Shown here piece after piece: positions 25,562 through 37,010 of a stretch of DNA of 64,000 bases (its first letter is position 1; each line of letters begins with the position of its first letter). The position numbers and the translations under genes are program-made. Origin of the DNA: Mobula hypostoma (lineage: Eukaryota); assembly GCF_963921235.1 (NCBI RefSeq), contig NC_086097.1, positions 116,748,001 through 116,812,000 of the forward strand, given 5' to 3'. A model generated the notes under the pieces. That model saw only the letters and a list, made by a program, of their open reading frames with translations, did no database searches and was not told where the DNA came from.

Positions 25562-26260
25562 GAATGAAAAAATGGCTGGCTACATCGGAAAGATAGACGT
25601 GTTTGTTTGCACAAGAGATAACTGGAATATGTATACTCTGCAAATTGAGCAGTATTTTAAAGAAAATGGAAAAACCAATGACAAACAAGTGCCAGTTTTG
25701 CTGATTGCTATTGGTGGAAGAGCATACAGTTTGCTTAGAAGTTTGACTGCTCCAACCAAACTAGCTGAAATGAGTTTTGCTGTTATCATGAAAGTAATGC
25801 AGGAACACTTAGAACTGAAACCATTGTTAATTACAGAGCACTTTAGGTTTCATAAGTGGAATCAAAAGGAAGGAGAGTACATTTTACTGTATGTTCCTGA
25901 ATTGAAGGTGAAGGAATTCTTTCCAAGGACCAGTGAAACCCATGGGCAACACCAGTGGTCCAAGTAGCCACAAAGGATGTTCTGTTAGAATCTGGGGTGA
26001 TTTAAAGTTCACCATTAACCCAATACTGCAAGAAAATTAATGCCTTCTACCCAGGATAGAGGATTTCTTTGCAAACCTTTCTAGAGGAAAACACTTAAGC
26101 AGAGTGCACGTAGCTGAGGCCTGCATACAGATGGAGGTGGAAGAAGAGTCCAAAGGGTTTCTCACCATAAGCACTCACCGAGGGCTTTATCACTATGATA
26201 TGCTTGTACCTGGAGTAGCAGCTGCATGTGCACTGCGGCAAAAAGGTATGATCCAGGTTG
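25304..26260 (+). mobile_element. Decayed Mag-like Gypsy element: LTR remnant, PBS, gag, deleted pol
   Basis: PBS-like TGGTGAGGAGGA at ~25392; gag MAGYIGKID..IEQYFKEN..IGGRAYSLLRSLTAP..FRFHKWNQKEGE (25572-25967); RT remnant GTPVV..VRIWGDLKFTINP. Confidence 0.8.
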
Positions 26261-26876
26261 ACAAAACTGGAAGTGCGAGTTAGCCAGTTGTCAAAGCATT
26301 GCTTTTGGCCATGGCTTGTGATAAACTTCTGGAAGGCCCAACACAACACCCATTCTCACAAATCATGTGGGAACTGGCTCCTTTCGAGAATCTTGTGCAG
26401 GGGCCCAGCCAACACTACTCTCATCCTTTGTGCAGGGGGAGTGTGGAAGCTTCCAGTGAGCTCAGGCGAGACCTGTATAGTACAAGATCCAGACCATTAC
26501 TTTAAAGATAGACTTCACACAAAGCAAAATCTGTGTTCCAAGAAATTTCACAAGTTTCAGAATGTATCAATCTGATTTTAGTTAAGTTATCAAGTACTTT
26601 AGTTAGCAGTGACTGTAACTTCAAAACATTAAACTAATTCAAAGGAAGACATGGGAGTCTGGGAATGCGGGTCTAACTTCGAGTTTACTTTAAGCAAGGC
26701 ATGCCTGCATCATATAGTAGTGTGATGACACATGCAACAATGGTAACCCAATTTGTTTGTCCAGGCTGGTTTCTCTATTAGTTTGCAAGTATATGAATAT
26801 TTATTGCATTGACAAACATAAAGAGGCTACTAAATGAAGTGTGTTGTGTGTTAGTTTTATGATTAAAATGCAAAAT

Positions 26877-28233
26877 TGTCATAAAGCGGTGGCTGGAGAT
26901 GGACCCAAGTGCAAGACACAGACACTGAAGTACTAGGGACAGGACTAGGATACAGGACGATGGCAAGGACATGGACAGGAAAACCAGGAACCTGGAACAG
27001 GACCGAACAAGAGCGCTAGGAGCCCGGACTTGGACTCCGAGCCAGAGACTGGACAAGGACCCATTACCTGGGTCTTGCCTCTGGCTCGGACCCCAGAATT
27101 AGGCAAGGACGAGGCTTGGCAGGCAGGCCAGATGAGGCTGGAGTCTTCAGGCTTGAGGCTAGAGACTAGAGGCAAGGCTTGGCAGGAGGCAGGAGGCTGG
27201 AGTCTTCAGGCTTGAGGCTAGAAGCTAGAGACTTGGCTTGGCTTGGCAAGAGGCTAGAGACTTGGCTTGGCTTGGCAGGAGGCTGGATTCTTCAGGCTTG
27301 AGGCTAGGCAGGAGGCTGGAGTCTTCAGGATTGAGGCTAGGCCGGAGGCTGGAGTCTTTAGGCTTGAGACTAGAAGCTAGAGACTTGGCTTGGCTTGGCA
27401 AGAGGCTAGAGGCTAGAGACTTGGCTTGGCTTGGCAAGAGGCTAAAGACTTGGTTTGGCTTGGCAGGATGCTGGATTCTTCAGGCTTGAGGCTAGGCAGG
27501 AGGCTGGAGTCTTCAGGCTTGAGGCTAGGCTGGAGGCTGGAGTCTTCAGGCTTGAGACTAGGCAGGAGGCTGGAGTCTTCAGGCTAGAGGCTAGGCAGGA
27601 GGCTGGAGTCTTCAGGCTTGAGGCTAGGCAGGAGGCTGGAGTCTTCAAGCTAGAGGCTTGAGGCTAGGCAGGAGGCTGGAGTCTTCAAGCTAGAGGCTTG
27701 AGGCTAGGCAGGAGGCTGGAGTCTTCAGGCTTGAGGCTAGGCAGGAGGATGGAGTCTTCAGGCTAGAGGCTTGAGGCTAGGCAGGAGGCTGGAGTCTTCA
27801 GGCGTGAGGTTAGGCAGGAGGCTGGAGTCTTCAGGTGTGAGGCTGAGCAGGCTCCTCCTGGGCAGGGCGCGGTTCACCTGGGCAGGGTGCGGATCACCAC
27901 CCGACAGAGGCAATGGACAGGAAGGGAGCTAGGTACAAGGTGGCTCCAGGACAAGACTGCAGGCGAGACGAGGCGAGAGTTACCAGCAAGACAAGGCAGG
28001 GCTTCAGGCGAGGAAACAGAAGGCAGAGGAAGGGATACAAGGAGTAAGGACAAGAACAATCCAGCAGCCACGCCCTGGTCTCTGAAGGTATTTATGCAGC
28101 CAGCCCCAACTAGCATCAGCTGCCTCAATTAACTCAACAAGAACAGAAACAGGGTAGGTAGGAAAACCTGCAGCAAGGGTCGATGGACCAGACCATGAAC
28201 CAGAATACGGACTTCACAGACTGGACCATGACA
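26877..28233. mobile_element. Solo LTR (Gypsy-type) with internal tandem repeats
   Basis: TGTCAT...ATGACA termini; 5-bp TSD AAAAT (26872-26876, 28234-28238). Confidence 0.85.
27105..27850. repeat. ~33-bp minisatellite inside the LTR
   Basis: GGCTAGGCAGGAGGCTGGAGTCTTCAGGCTTGA units with GGCTT sub-repeats. Confidence 0.9.
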
Positions 28234-28249
28234 AAAATATATTAAGTAA

Positions 28250-28760
28250 ACTCATCAAGGTTCAGTGCAAATTTATTAAAGTACGTATAGGTTAGCATAG
28301 ATTACCCTGAAATTAGTTTTCTTTCAGGCATTCACAGGGAAGCAAAGAAATAAACAAAATTATTGAAAAGCTACACACAAAGACTGACAAACAATCAATA
28401 TCCAAAAGACAAACTATGCAAATACCAAGAAAAGGAAAAGAAAAGTGAATAAATAATACAGGCAGCATGGATTGTAGAGTATCTGAAAGTGAGTCCATAG
28501 GTTATGGAATCTATTCAGTATTGAGTGAAGTCATCCATGTTGGTTCAGGTGCTGACAGTTGAAGGTTAATAACTGTTCCTTAACCTAATGGTGTAGGGCT
28601 TAAGGCTCCTGCACCTCTTTCCTGATGGCAGCAGTGAGAAGTGACAATGGCCTGGATGGTGGGGTTCCTTGATGATGGATGCTGCTTTCTTGTGGCAGTG
28701 CTCCTTGCAGATGTGCTCAGTGGTAGGGAGAGTTCTTTAGACTGGACTGTATCTGTTAGG
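28250..28760 (-). mobile_element. Rex1-type LINE 3' fragment
   Basis: Reverse-strand KAASIIKEPHHPGH..LLPSGKR motif. Confidence 0.7.
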
Positions 28761-29238
28761 TTTTGTAATTGAAAAACACAACACAATTTTAAAAAACAGT
28801 GGGGAGACCGGGAGAATGTTTAAACTTTGTTTTTAATTTTAGCAAGAGGCCTACTTATGACATAGTGGCATAACGATGTATGTCATTCATGTACTTATAC
28901 ATAAAACCTACAATAAACCCAATGAACTCAGCAAAATGGGTCCTTGTTTCTCATTGGTTATTTCATTTGCTTCAAAATATTGTTATGTCAGCTCACTATA
29001 CATGAGCCAGTTATCCATTGAGCAAACATCTCAATCTTACTGATGTAGCCAGCAATTTCCGTTCTTTTTTATGAATATTGTCACCCAGTACCTACTTTTT
29101 ATGAACCCATGAATTCTTCTATTTACTGCCTTCATAAAAAAAAACCTCTATCATGTTTTTTTTTAAGTTCAATCATCACGCTGCATTTCAACAGGTTGTA
29201 GCCATCTCAGGTTCATTTTAAGAATTCCTCATCACCAT

Positions 29239-29480
29239 TGTTATATTTTGTAACTTCAAAACATTAACCTAATTCAAAGGAAGGCACAGGAGTCTAGGAG
29301 TGTGGACTTAACTTCATGTTGACTTTAAGCGAGGTGCACCCATATCATATGGGTGATGATGCATGTAATTCACGTTTTTATTCATAGAAGTCGTAATAAA
29401 TCCTTTAAATGAACAAGAATGCTTAATTAACCAGTATATATACAAGATTACTCAAGTATTATTGAATTATTAAATACACA
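29239..29480 (-). mobile_element. Solo LTR related to the Mag-like Gypsy LTR
   Basis: TG...CA ends; reverse-complement similarity to 22475-22600 plus 25304-25390; partial copies at ~26610-26740 and ~28850-28920. Confidence 0.55.
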
Positions 29481-31014
29481 ATAGTGACATCTTTTTACAA
29501 GATTGTAGAAGAAAATAGATCATAGAAAGTAGTAAAACATGCAAGATTGAGTAGATGGAACCAAATTGTATCTTCCAGTACCTGGCCTTGAAATTCAATC
29601 TCTTTTGTTGGCTTTGAATTTGCTTTTGTCTGCTTGTTATAAAACTTGCAGATGTATAATCTCTGACTACTTGCAAATGAGTGTGTATCAAACACAAATA
29701 AAAATTCATACTCAGGCCTAGAAGTTGCCCCAAGCTGTGTTGTTGCTTAAACAATATTTCATTCTGGATTTTCCTCCTGTTGCTCTTGGAAGTCACATAA
29801 AAACATCAATAGTGAGATTCGCAGAACAGTGATTTTTTTTTAATGCATGTTCCTATTGATGTGAATGTGCCCGATTCAGTATGGCATTCTATGTTGATAT
29901 ATTGCAAGCTGATGTAGGGGTTAGTGAATAACTCAGCAAGCAACTTTACAGTCAACTCTCAAATGACTTGAGGAGCCAGGCAAAGGGACATGCGTGACGT
30001 TTTTCTTGAAGCCTCATTGAGGAGAAGGATGCTAGTTGGGTGTCAGCCTTTTAAATTCAAGAGTTTTAGAGGAAACAAATGGTTTAGAGGAATTCAAATG
30101 GTTTCATTAAGATCCACATGTATCTTTCTAAACTGCAGCGAGTATACTCCCAGAGCCATCAAACACAAATTCCTTAAAAATTCCTTCCATGTTCATTTTT
30201 CATTCAGCAGCAAGAGGTATCCACAAACAAATGAGACACTATATGTACATTAAAGGTAACAAAAACTACTTTATTATGATATAAAAAACTACTTAATATC
30301 CTCTTCAATAAACTACAGTAGGATAGAACACAAAGAATACTTATGAACCACTCATTGGACTGATGCTTGCAGTGCCAAAAGAAATCCCAGATGTCGAACA
30401 AGTGATTCTACTGTTCTCTCCTTCTCTCTCTCATTTTGTAGCCTAGGGAAAATACACGCACAGGACAACAAATACTTCTATGGGCCTTTAATTCCTTTAT
30501 CTGTTTTACCACGGGAGTGACTGACCTGTTCTTCATCACTACCATAAAATATTTTGTATATTGTACTTCTGTCCTGGTACCAAATTTTGTAGCCTGGGGA
30601 AAAACACACACGCAGGAGAACAAATTTTTTGGGGGATTTTAATTCCTTTATCTGTTTTAGATGTTTTAATGCAGAAAGAGGGTATCAAAATAAAAACGAC
30701 AAAATGAGTTGACCAAAGTGAAGCACCTTCAATTACTCCAAAAAACTGAGGTTTGGTAAAAATACTGAAAGGCTTTTATTCGCTGTACAATACGACCTCC
30801 ACAGTGAGTGTCTGCCCCCGGACTGAGGGGGAGGAGCAAGGCGAACACCTTTATACAGGACTCTGTGGGAGGAGCCACAGGGGCAGTCAGCAGAGGTGTG
30901 TGTCCAGACAGGTAACCGAGTTACAACATATATACATGGTTTACCACATTCACTCCTTTTTTTAAAAAGAGTCCCGCGGGGTGAAGTGACTGACAATATT
31001 TACAAGAAGTATAT

Positions 31015-33246
31015 TTACAGGTTAAGTCTATCAGGCGGTCGAGTCCGTCGCTGTGATCTACGTAGCACCGGCGATGGTGGTTGTGTTGGCTCCGGCCTGA
31101 CTTCAGGTGCCAGCACGTTAGGCATCGGTAATCCCTCGTACGTGTGCGTCGCACCCGGTATGGGAGTGTCGTGTGGTGTCTGTATAGGGTTTGGGGTGCA
31201 CGGTGTCTCGTAGGTACATACATTGGTGGGTACGGGGTCAATAGTCACCACGGAGTGTTCAGGGTGGGGGCCTGGAGCTCCTGCGGGCGCCAGGTCGTGG
31301 ATGGAGACCGTGTCCTCCCGCCCATCAGGTAAAACCACGTAGGCATACTGGGGGTTCGCATGAAGTAAGTGAACACTCTCGAATATCGGGGGGTATTTAT
31401 TGCTCCTCGCATGTTTCCGGAGCAGCACTGGCCCCGGGGACATCAGCCAAGATGGTAGGGTGGTTCCAGTGGTCGATTTTCTGGGAAAAGAAAAGAGCCG
31501 CTCATGAGGGGTGGCATTGGTGGCTGTGCATAACAGGGAGCGGATGGAGTGGAGTGCCTCGGGAAGGACCTCATGCCAGCGGGAGACCGGCAGTCCCTTT
31601 GACCTGAGGGCTAAGAGTGTGGCTTTCCACACTGTGCCATTCTCCTCCTCTACCTGTCCATTCCCCCGGGGATTATAGCTCGTGGTCCTACTGGTTGCAA
31701 TCCCCCTAGCCAGTAGATATTGGCACAGCTCGTCACTCATAAACGAGGACCCTCTGTCACTGTGGATATAGCATGGGTATCCGAACAGAGTGAAGAGCTT
31801 GCACAGGGCTTTTATAACTGACGTGGTAGTGGTGTCGGGGCAGGGGATGGCGAAGGGGAACCACGAGTACTCGTCAATTACGTTAAGAAAGTACACATTG
31901 TGGTCGGTGGAGGGAAGGGGGCCCTTAAAGTCAACACTCAGTCGCTCAAAGGGGCGGGTGGCCTTGATGAGTGGTGCCTTTTCGGGTCGGTAGAAGTGCG
32001 GTTTGCACTCTGCGCAGACTTGGCAGTCCCTGGTCATCATCCTGATCTCCTCAAGGGAGTAAGGCAGGTTCCGGGCTTTCACGAAGTGGAAAAGCCGGGT
32101 GACTCCCGGGTGGCAAAGGTCTACATGTAGGGCGTATAACTGGTCGATCTGCGCGCTGGCGCGCATTTCCCGGGATAGGACATCGGAGGGCTCGTTGAGC
32201 TTCCCAGGCCTGTACATGATATCATTGTTGTAGGTGGAGAGTTCGATTCTCCACCTCAGAATTTTATCATTTTTGATTTTGCTCCGCTGCTGATTATTAA
32301 ACATGAACGCAACTGAGCGCTGGTCAGTTAGCAGGGTGAACCTTTTGCCGGCAAGATAGTGCCTCCAGTGCCTTATAGCTTCCACTATGGCCTGGGCCTC
32401 TTTCTCTACTGCAGAGTGCCGAATTTCAGGGCCTTGAAGGGTACGGGAGAAGAACGCCACTGGTCTTCCTGCCTGGTTGAGGGTAGCAGCCAGCGCAAAG
32501 TCGGAGGCGTCACTCTCTACTTGGAAGGGAATGGCCTCATCCGCCGCCTGCATTGCTGCTTTGGCAATGTCCCCTTTTATGTGGTTGAAGGCCACGCGGG
32601 CCTCGGCAGAGAGGGGGAATGTGGTGGACTTGACCAGGGGGCGGGCCTTGTCTGCATAGTTAGAGACCCATTGGGCGTAATATGAAAAGAAGCCCAGGCA
32701 CCTTTTGAGGGCTCTGAGGGTATTGGGAAGAGGGAGTTCCAACAGGGGGCACATACGGTCGGGGTCAGAGCCAATGACTCCATTCTCCACGACACACCCA
32801 AGGATAGCAAGTCGGGTGGCCCCAAATACACACTTGTCCTTGTTATAGGTGACTTTGAAAGATTTGGCCGCTTGGAGAAATTTTTGGAGGTTGTTGTCAT
32901 GATCCTGCTGGTCGTGACCGCAGATGGTCATGTTATCCAGATATGGGAACGTGGCCTTCAGTTGGCACTGGTCCACCATCCGGTCCATTGCCCTCTGGAA
33001 GACAGATACACCATTCGTAACACCAAAGGGGACGCGCAGGAATTGATAAAGCCTGCCGTCCGCCTTGAAGGCAGTGTAAGGGCGGTCCTCCCGGCGGATG
33101 AGGAGCTGGTGATAAGTGGATTTTAGGTCTATGGTCGAGTACACCTTGTACTGTGCTATCTGATTGACCATATCCGCGATGCGGGGTAGAGGGTACGCGT
33201 CGAGCTGCGTGAACCTATTGATGGTCTGGCTATAGTCCACGACCAT
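31015..33246 (-). CDS. Gypsy pol: RT, RNase H and integrase; open for 743 aa but frameshifted from the upstream part
   Basis: DAYPLPRI, PFGVTNG, YLDN, VESDASD, TDQRS, HHCC (HVDLCHPG..CQVC), SVDFKG, HSDRG, GNGQVE; C-terminal RRSQRRTRPPDRLNL; no chromodomain. Confidence 0.93.
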   Translation of the reverse strand: MVVDYSQTINRFTQLDAYPLPRIADMVNQIAQYKVYSTIDLKSTYHQLLIRREDRPYTAFKADGRLYQFLRVPFGVTNGVSVFQRAMDRMVDQCQLKATFPYLDNMTICGHDQQDHDNNLQKFLQAAKSFKVTYNKDKCVFGATRLAILGCVVENGVIGSDPDRMCPLLELPLPNTLRALKRCLGFFSYYAQWVSNYADKARPLVKSTTFPLSAEARVAFNHIKGDIAKAAMQAADEAIPFQVESDASDFALAATLNQAGRPVAFFSRTLQGPEIRHSAVEKEAQAIVEAIRHWRHYLAGKRFTLLTDQRSVAFMFNNQQRSKIKNDKILRWRIELSTYNNDIMYRPGKLNEPSDVLSREMRASAQIDQLYALHVDLCHPGVTRLFHFVKARNLPYSLEEIRMMTRDCQVCAECKPHFYRPEKAPLIKATRPFERLSVDFKGPLPSTDHNVYFLNVIDEYSWFPFAIPCPDTTTTSVIKALCKLFTLFGYPCYIHSDRGSSFMSDELCQYLLARGIATSRTTSYNPRGNGQVEEENGTVWKATLLALRSKGLPVSRWHEVLPEALHSIRSLLCTATNATPHERLFSFPRKSTTGTTLPSWLMSPGPVLLRKHARSNKYPPIFESVHLLHANPQYAYVVLPDGREDTVSIHDLAPAGAPGPHPEHSVVTIDPVPTNVCTYETPCTPNPIQTPHDTPIPGATHTYEGLPMPNVLAPEVRPEPTQPPSPVLRRSQRRTRPPDRLNL

Positions 33247-35106
33247 CTATTCTTCTCCCTGTTCCGAACAACGACCACCTGCGCCCTCCAAGGACTTCTG
33301 CTTGCTTCAATGATCCCCTCCCTAAGCAGCCAGTGCACCTCCGACTTAATGAAAGCTCTGTCCCCCGCGCTGTACCTCCTGCTTTTAGTTGCCACGGGTT
33401 TACAGTCGGGGGTCAGGTTGGTGAACAGCGGTGGGAGAGGGATCCTGAGGGTGGAGAGGCCGCAAGTGGTGTCGGTAGTGTGGCAGTTGGCATGATGTTG
33501 GGTGGGATACGCGGGTCGGTGTGGGTGTGTGGTCAGTAGCGGGGTACATGACATATCTCTACAAAACAGGGGATTTATGACAGTAATTGGCGGGAGGGGC
33601 CCATCATACTCCATTGTCACGCTTTTCAGGTGGCTCTGGAAGTCCAACCCCAACAACACAGGGGCACACAGTTGAGGCAAGACCAGTAACGTAAAGTCCC
33701 GATATTCTGTGCCCTGCACCACTAGTGTCGCTACAGAACCCCCCCGGATGTCTGTTGTATGTGACCTGGAGGCCATGGTGACCCTCCGACTTACCGGCCG
33801 TATCATGAGTCCACAATGCTGCACCGTGGATAAAACTCTCCATGCTGCCCATGTCAAACAGGCAGCTTGTCCTGTGCCCCTCCACCAGGATGTCCATCAT
33901 TGACCTTGCGAGCTGGTGGGGAGCGCTTTGGTCGAGGATCACGGAAGCCAGGGTGGGGTCGCTGTCTTGGTCCGGCGTCATGGGATGCCCCATGAGCACC
34001 CATTGGTCGTAGGCGGTGGGAGGTGGTGCCGACCAAGATGGCCGCCCCCATGTCTCGCACGTGGTGGTGGCGTGCAGGGAAGATGGCGGCAGGCAAGATG
34101 GCGACCCCCACGTCTCGCACGTGGTGGCAGTGTGCAGGGAAGATGGCGGCCCCATGTCTCACACGTGGTGGTGGCGTGCAGGGAAGATGGCGGCAGGCAA
34201 GATGGCGACCCCCACGTCTCACACATGGTGGCAGTGTGCAGGGAAGATGGCGGCAGGGAAGATGGCGGCCCCCATGTCTCGCACGTGGTGGTGGCGTGCA
34301 GGGAAGATGGCGGCAGGGAAGATGGCGAACCCCACGTCTCGCACACGGCGCTGCTCGATCCCGCTCGCGGTTTTGACTTACAGACCTTGGAGAAGTGGCC
34401 CTTCTTTCCGCAGCTGGAACAGGTAGCTTGTCGAGCCGCGCAGTGTTTCTGAGGGTGCTTCTCCAGTCTGCAGAAGTAGCACTTCGCGGACTCACGACTG
34501 GCTGCAGCCGATGTCGATTCGCCGGCGGGTTGCGGGGTCTGCGGTGCCCACGAGGCCATCGGGGGATCGCGTGCCTGGAGAGCCTCGGAGTTATGCAGAG
34601 TGGCCTCCAACGTATCAGCCAGCTCGATCGCTGAACTTAGGGTAAGATCGGCTTTTTCCAGCAGCCGCTGGCGCACGTACACTGACCTGGTCCCCATAAT
34701 GAAGGCGTCTCTCACTAGGAGTTCTGCATGCTGCGCCGCCGTCAGCTCCTGGCAATTGCAGGCTCGCACGAGCGTCTGTAGGGCCCGGACAAACTCAGCA
34801 CTCGATTCCCCAGACCGTTGTTGCCGTGTCGCTAAGCGATGCCGAGCATAGACGCTGTTTATCGGCCGCAGGTATTGTCTTTTGAGTGCGTTCATCGCGC
34901 CGTCGTAGTTCGGCTGGTCTCTGATCAGCGAATAAACCCGTGGACTGGCCCTGGAGAGTAGAACTCTGCGCTTCGCTACGGGGTCGGTCGCTTTAATCTC
35001 CTCTAGATACGCTTTGAAGCAGGCCAGCCAGAGTTCGAAAGCGTTTCCAGCGTCAGGCATTTGTGGATCGAGGTCTAATTTGTCTGGTCTCAGGGACCTG
35101 TTCCAT
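33247..35106 (-). pseudogene. Gypsy gag and protease, frameshifted
   Basis: ATG at 35106 followed by a 1-bp frameshift (MEQV/LRPDKL); two CCHC knuckles CYFCRLEKHPQKHC and CSSCGKKGHFSKVC; protease LFDMGS (DTG-like), VLLGLDF, SPWRAQVVVV. Confidence 0.88.
34030..34345. repeat. 60-bp tandem repeat in the gag-protease linker (~5 copies)
   Basis: CETWG(S/P)PS(S/C)LPPSSLH(A/T)TTT units. Confidence 0.9.
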
Positions 35107-36764
35107 GTTTTAAAATGTACAGCAAATAAAATTGAAGCACCTTCAATTACTCCAAAAGACTGAGATCTGGTAAAATACTGAAAGACTTTTATTCGCTGTA
35201 CAATACGACCTCCACAGTGAGTGTCTGCCCCCGGACTGAGGGAGAGGGGCAAGACGAACACCTTTATACAGGACTCTGTGGGAGGAGCCACAGGGGCAGT
35301 CAGCAGAGGGGTGTGTCCAGACAGCTAACCGAGTTACAACATATATACATGGTTTACCACACAAAGGCAGTTCCCGCTGTTACAATCTCAGTTTAATTTC
35401 GGACCACACCCTTGTTACGCATGCAGTATGAAAATAACTAAAATAAAACATACAAGATCAATACGGTAGTGGCATTTCTTTAAAAAATACAAACAACATT
35501 AGAATCCCACCAACCCTGTACCTTATATATATCATGAAAATAGAATAAATACATCTCCTCTTAACTAAGAGATATACTCACATTTGCACACACATGCTTA
35601 ACTTCCAAACACATATAAACTAGACCTTGAAACAAGTTCTCCACGCTCACACAACGTGAACATAAATTAACACATTCACATTACTCCATTATATTCACAT
35701 TTGATCATGAAACAATGAAGAAAGAAAAATAAACCTTTACAAGAACTTGTGCAATATATTGCCTTGTAGTTGAATTACTAAAAAGTAATTACTACCTTGT
35801 AGGCCGATAAAGAACGTCACCCAATCACACAATCCAGCGCTGATCAATTTACTCGTAAAAATCTAAAGTATCCACATGTAAAGCATATCAAATTACCGAT
35901 ATTCCAGATTTACAAACAAGTATAAATGAATTTATATGGATATTATCAAATATTATTCACTTTTCCTCACCAAACCTGGGAAAAGCACTCAAACACCATT
36001 CTCTGTAGAACATTGCAACTCTTTGTTCTACTCCATCCACATAAAATGACGTCACCGTTTTCTCTCAAAGGCACGGGCAGCTATTTTAGCATTATCAAGG
36101 TGAATATATGTGTCCTTTAACAATTAAAAAGTGATACTCAACGGTCACCTAATTACACTCACTCTCGCTCTCTGTCACCCTCCCCCTCTCACATTCTCTC
36201 TCACTCCCTCCCTCTCTCTCTCGCTCTCTCCCTTTGTAACACTGCACCCTATGTCTCATCGTGACTTCAGTGAGTGTATACCTGTCCCTTGTTATACCCT
36301 TAAATTCCCTTATCCCAGTACTTTTCCAAGGTACCAGGTGGTACCTTCTTATCTCTTATGATCTATTGGTTTAAACAGAATTTAAGTCCTGATGAAGAGT
36401 CTCTGTCCAAAATGTCGACTGTTTATTCACCTCAATAGATGCTGCCTTACCTTTTGAGTTCCTCTAGCAATTTGTGTATGTTGCTTAAAAACAGTCACAG
36501 CACATTTTACAGTAAAGTACGTTTTCCACGGCTATCAGTTATCCAATTTGTCCCTCAGATTATGCATAGCAGGGCAGGGGACAGGGGACAGGGAAGAAAA
36601 ATGTCACAGTGCAGTGTAAAACTGACCAATTATTTAAAATTCAGCTGGAACAAGTAGATATAGCAATCCATTTCAGAAGCTATTTTAATATTTACACTTT
36701 TGCACATAAAGGAAGAATTGATTATCACTTCAAGAAAATTGAATTCTGTCCTTACAGCTTCTCA

Positions 36765-37010
36765 TACACTCAGTGGCCACTGTGTTAGGTACATCCTGTA
36801 CCTTATAAAGCGGCCACTGAGTGAATGTTTGTGGTTTTCTGCTTCTGTAGCCCGTCCACTTCAAGGTTCAACATGTTGTGTATTCAGAGGTGCTCTTCTG
36901 CACACTGAGGTTGTAATGTGTGGTTGTTTGTGTTAGTGTCACCTTCCTGTCAGCTTGAACCAGTTTGGTCATTCTCCTCTGACCTTTCTCATTAACAAAA
37001 CTTTTTCTCA
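36765..37010. mobile_element. Partial Tc1-type MITE
   Basis: Homologous to 3562-3790. Confidence 0.75.

Larger units (their letters stand above)
30719..35361 (-). mobile_element. Near full-length Ty3/Gypsy LTR retrotransposon
   Basis: LTRs 30719-30948 and 35133-35361 (TG..CA; by eye ~9 substitutions and 1 indel); TSD CAAAG; PPT AAAAAAAAGGAGTGAA at ~30949-30964; gag-PR-RT-RH-IN order. Confidence 0.97.

Noticed and set aside
25431..25688. Poly-Tyr ORF
   Set aside because: Antisense of a (TAA)n microsatellite in the Gypsy leader.
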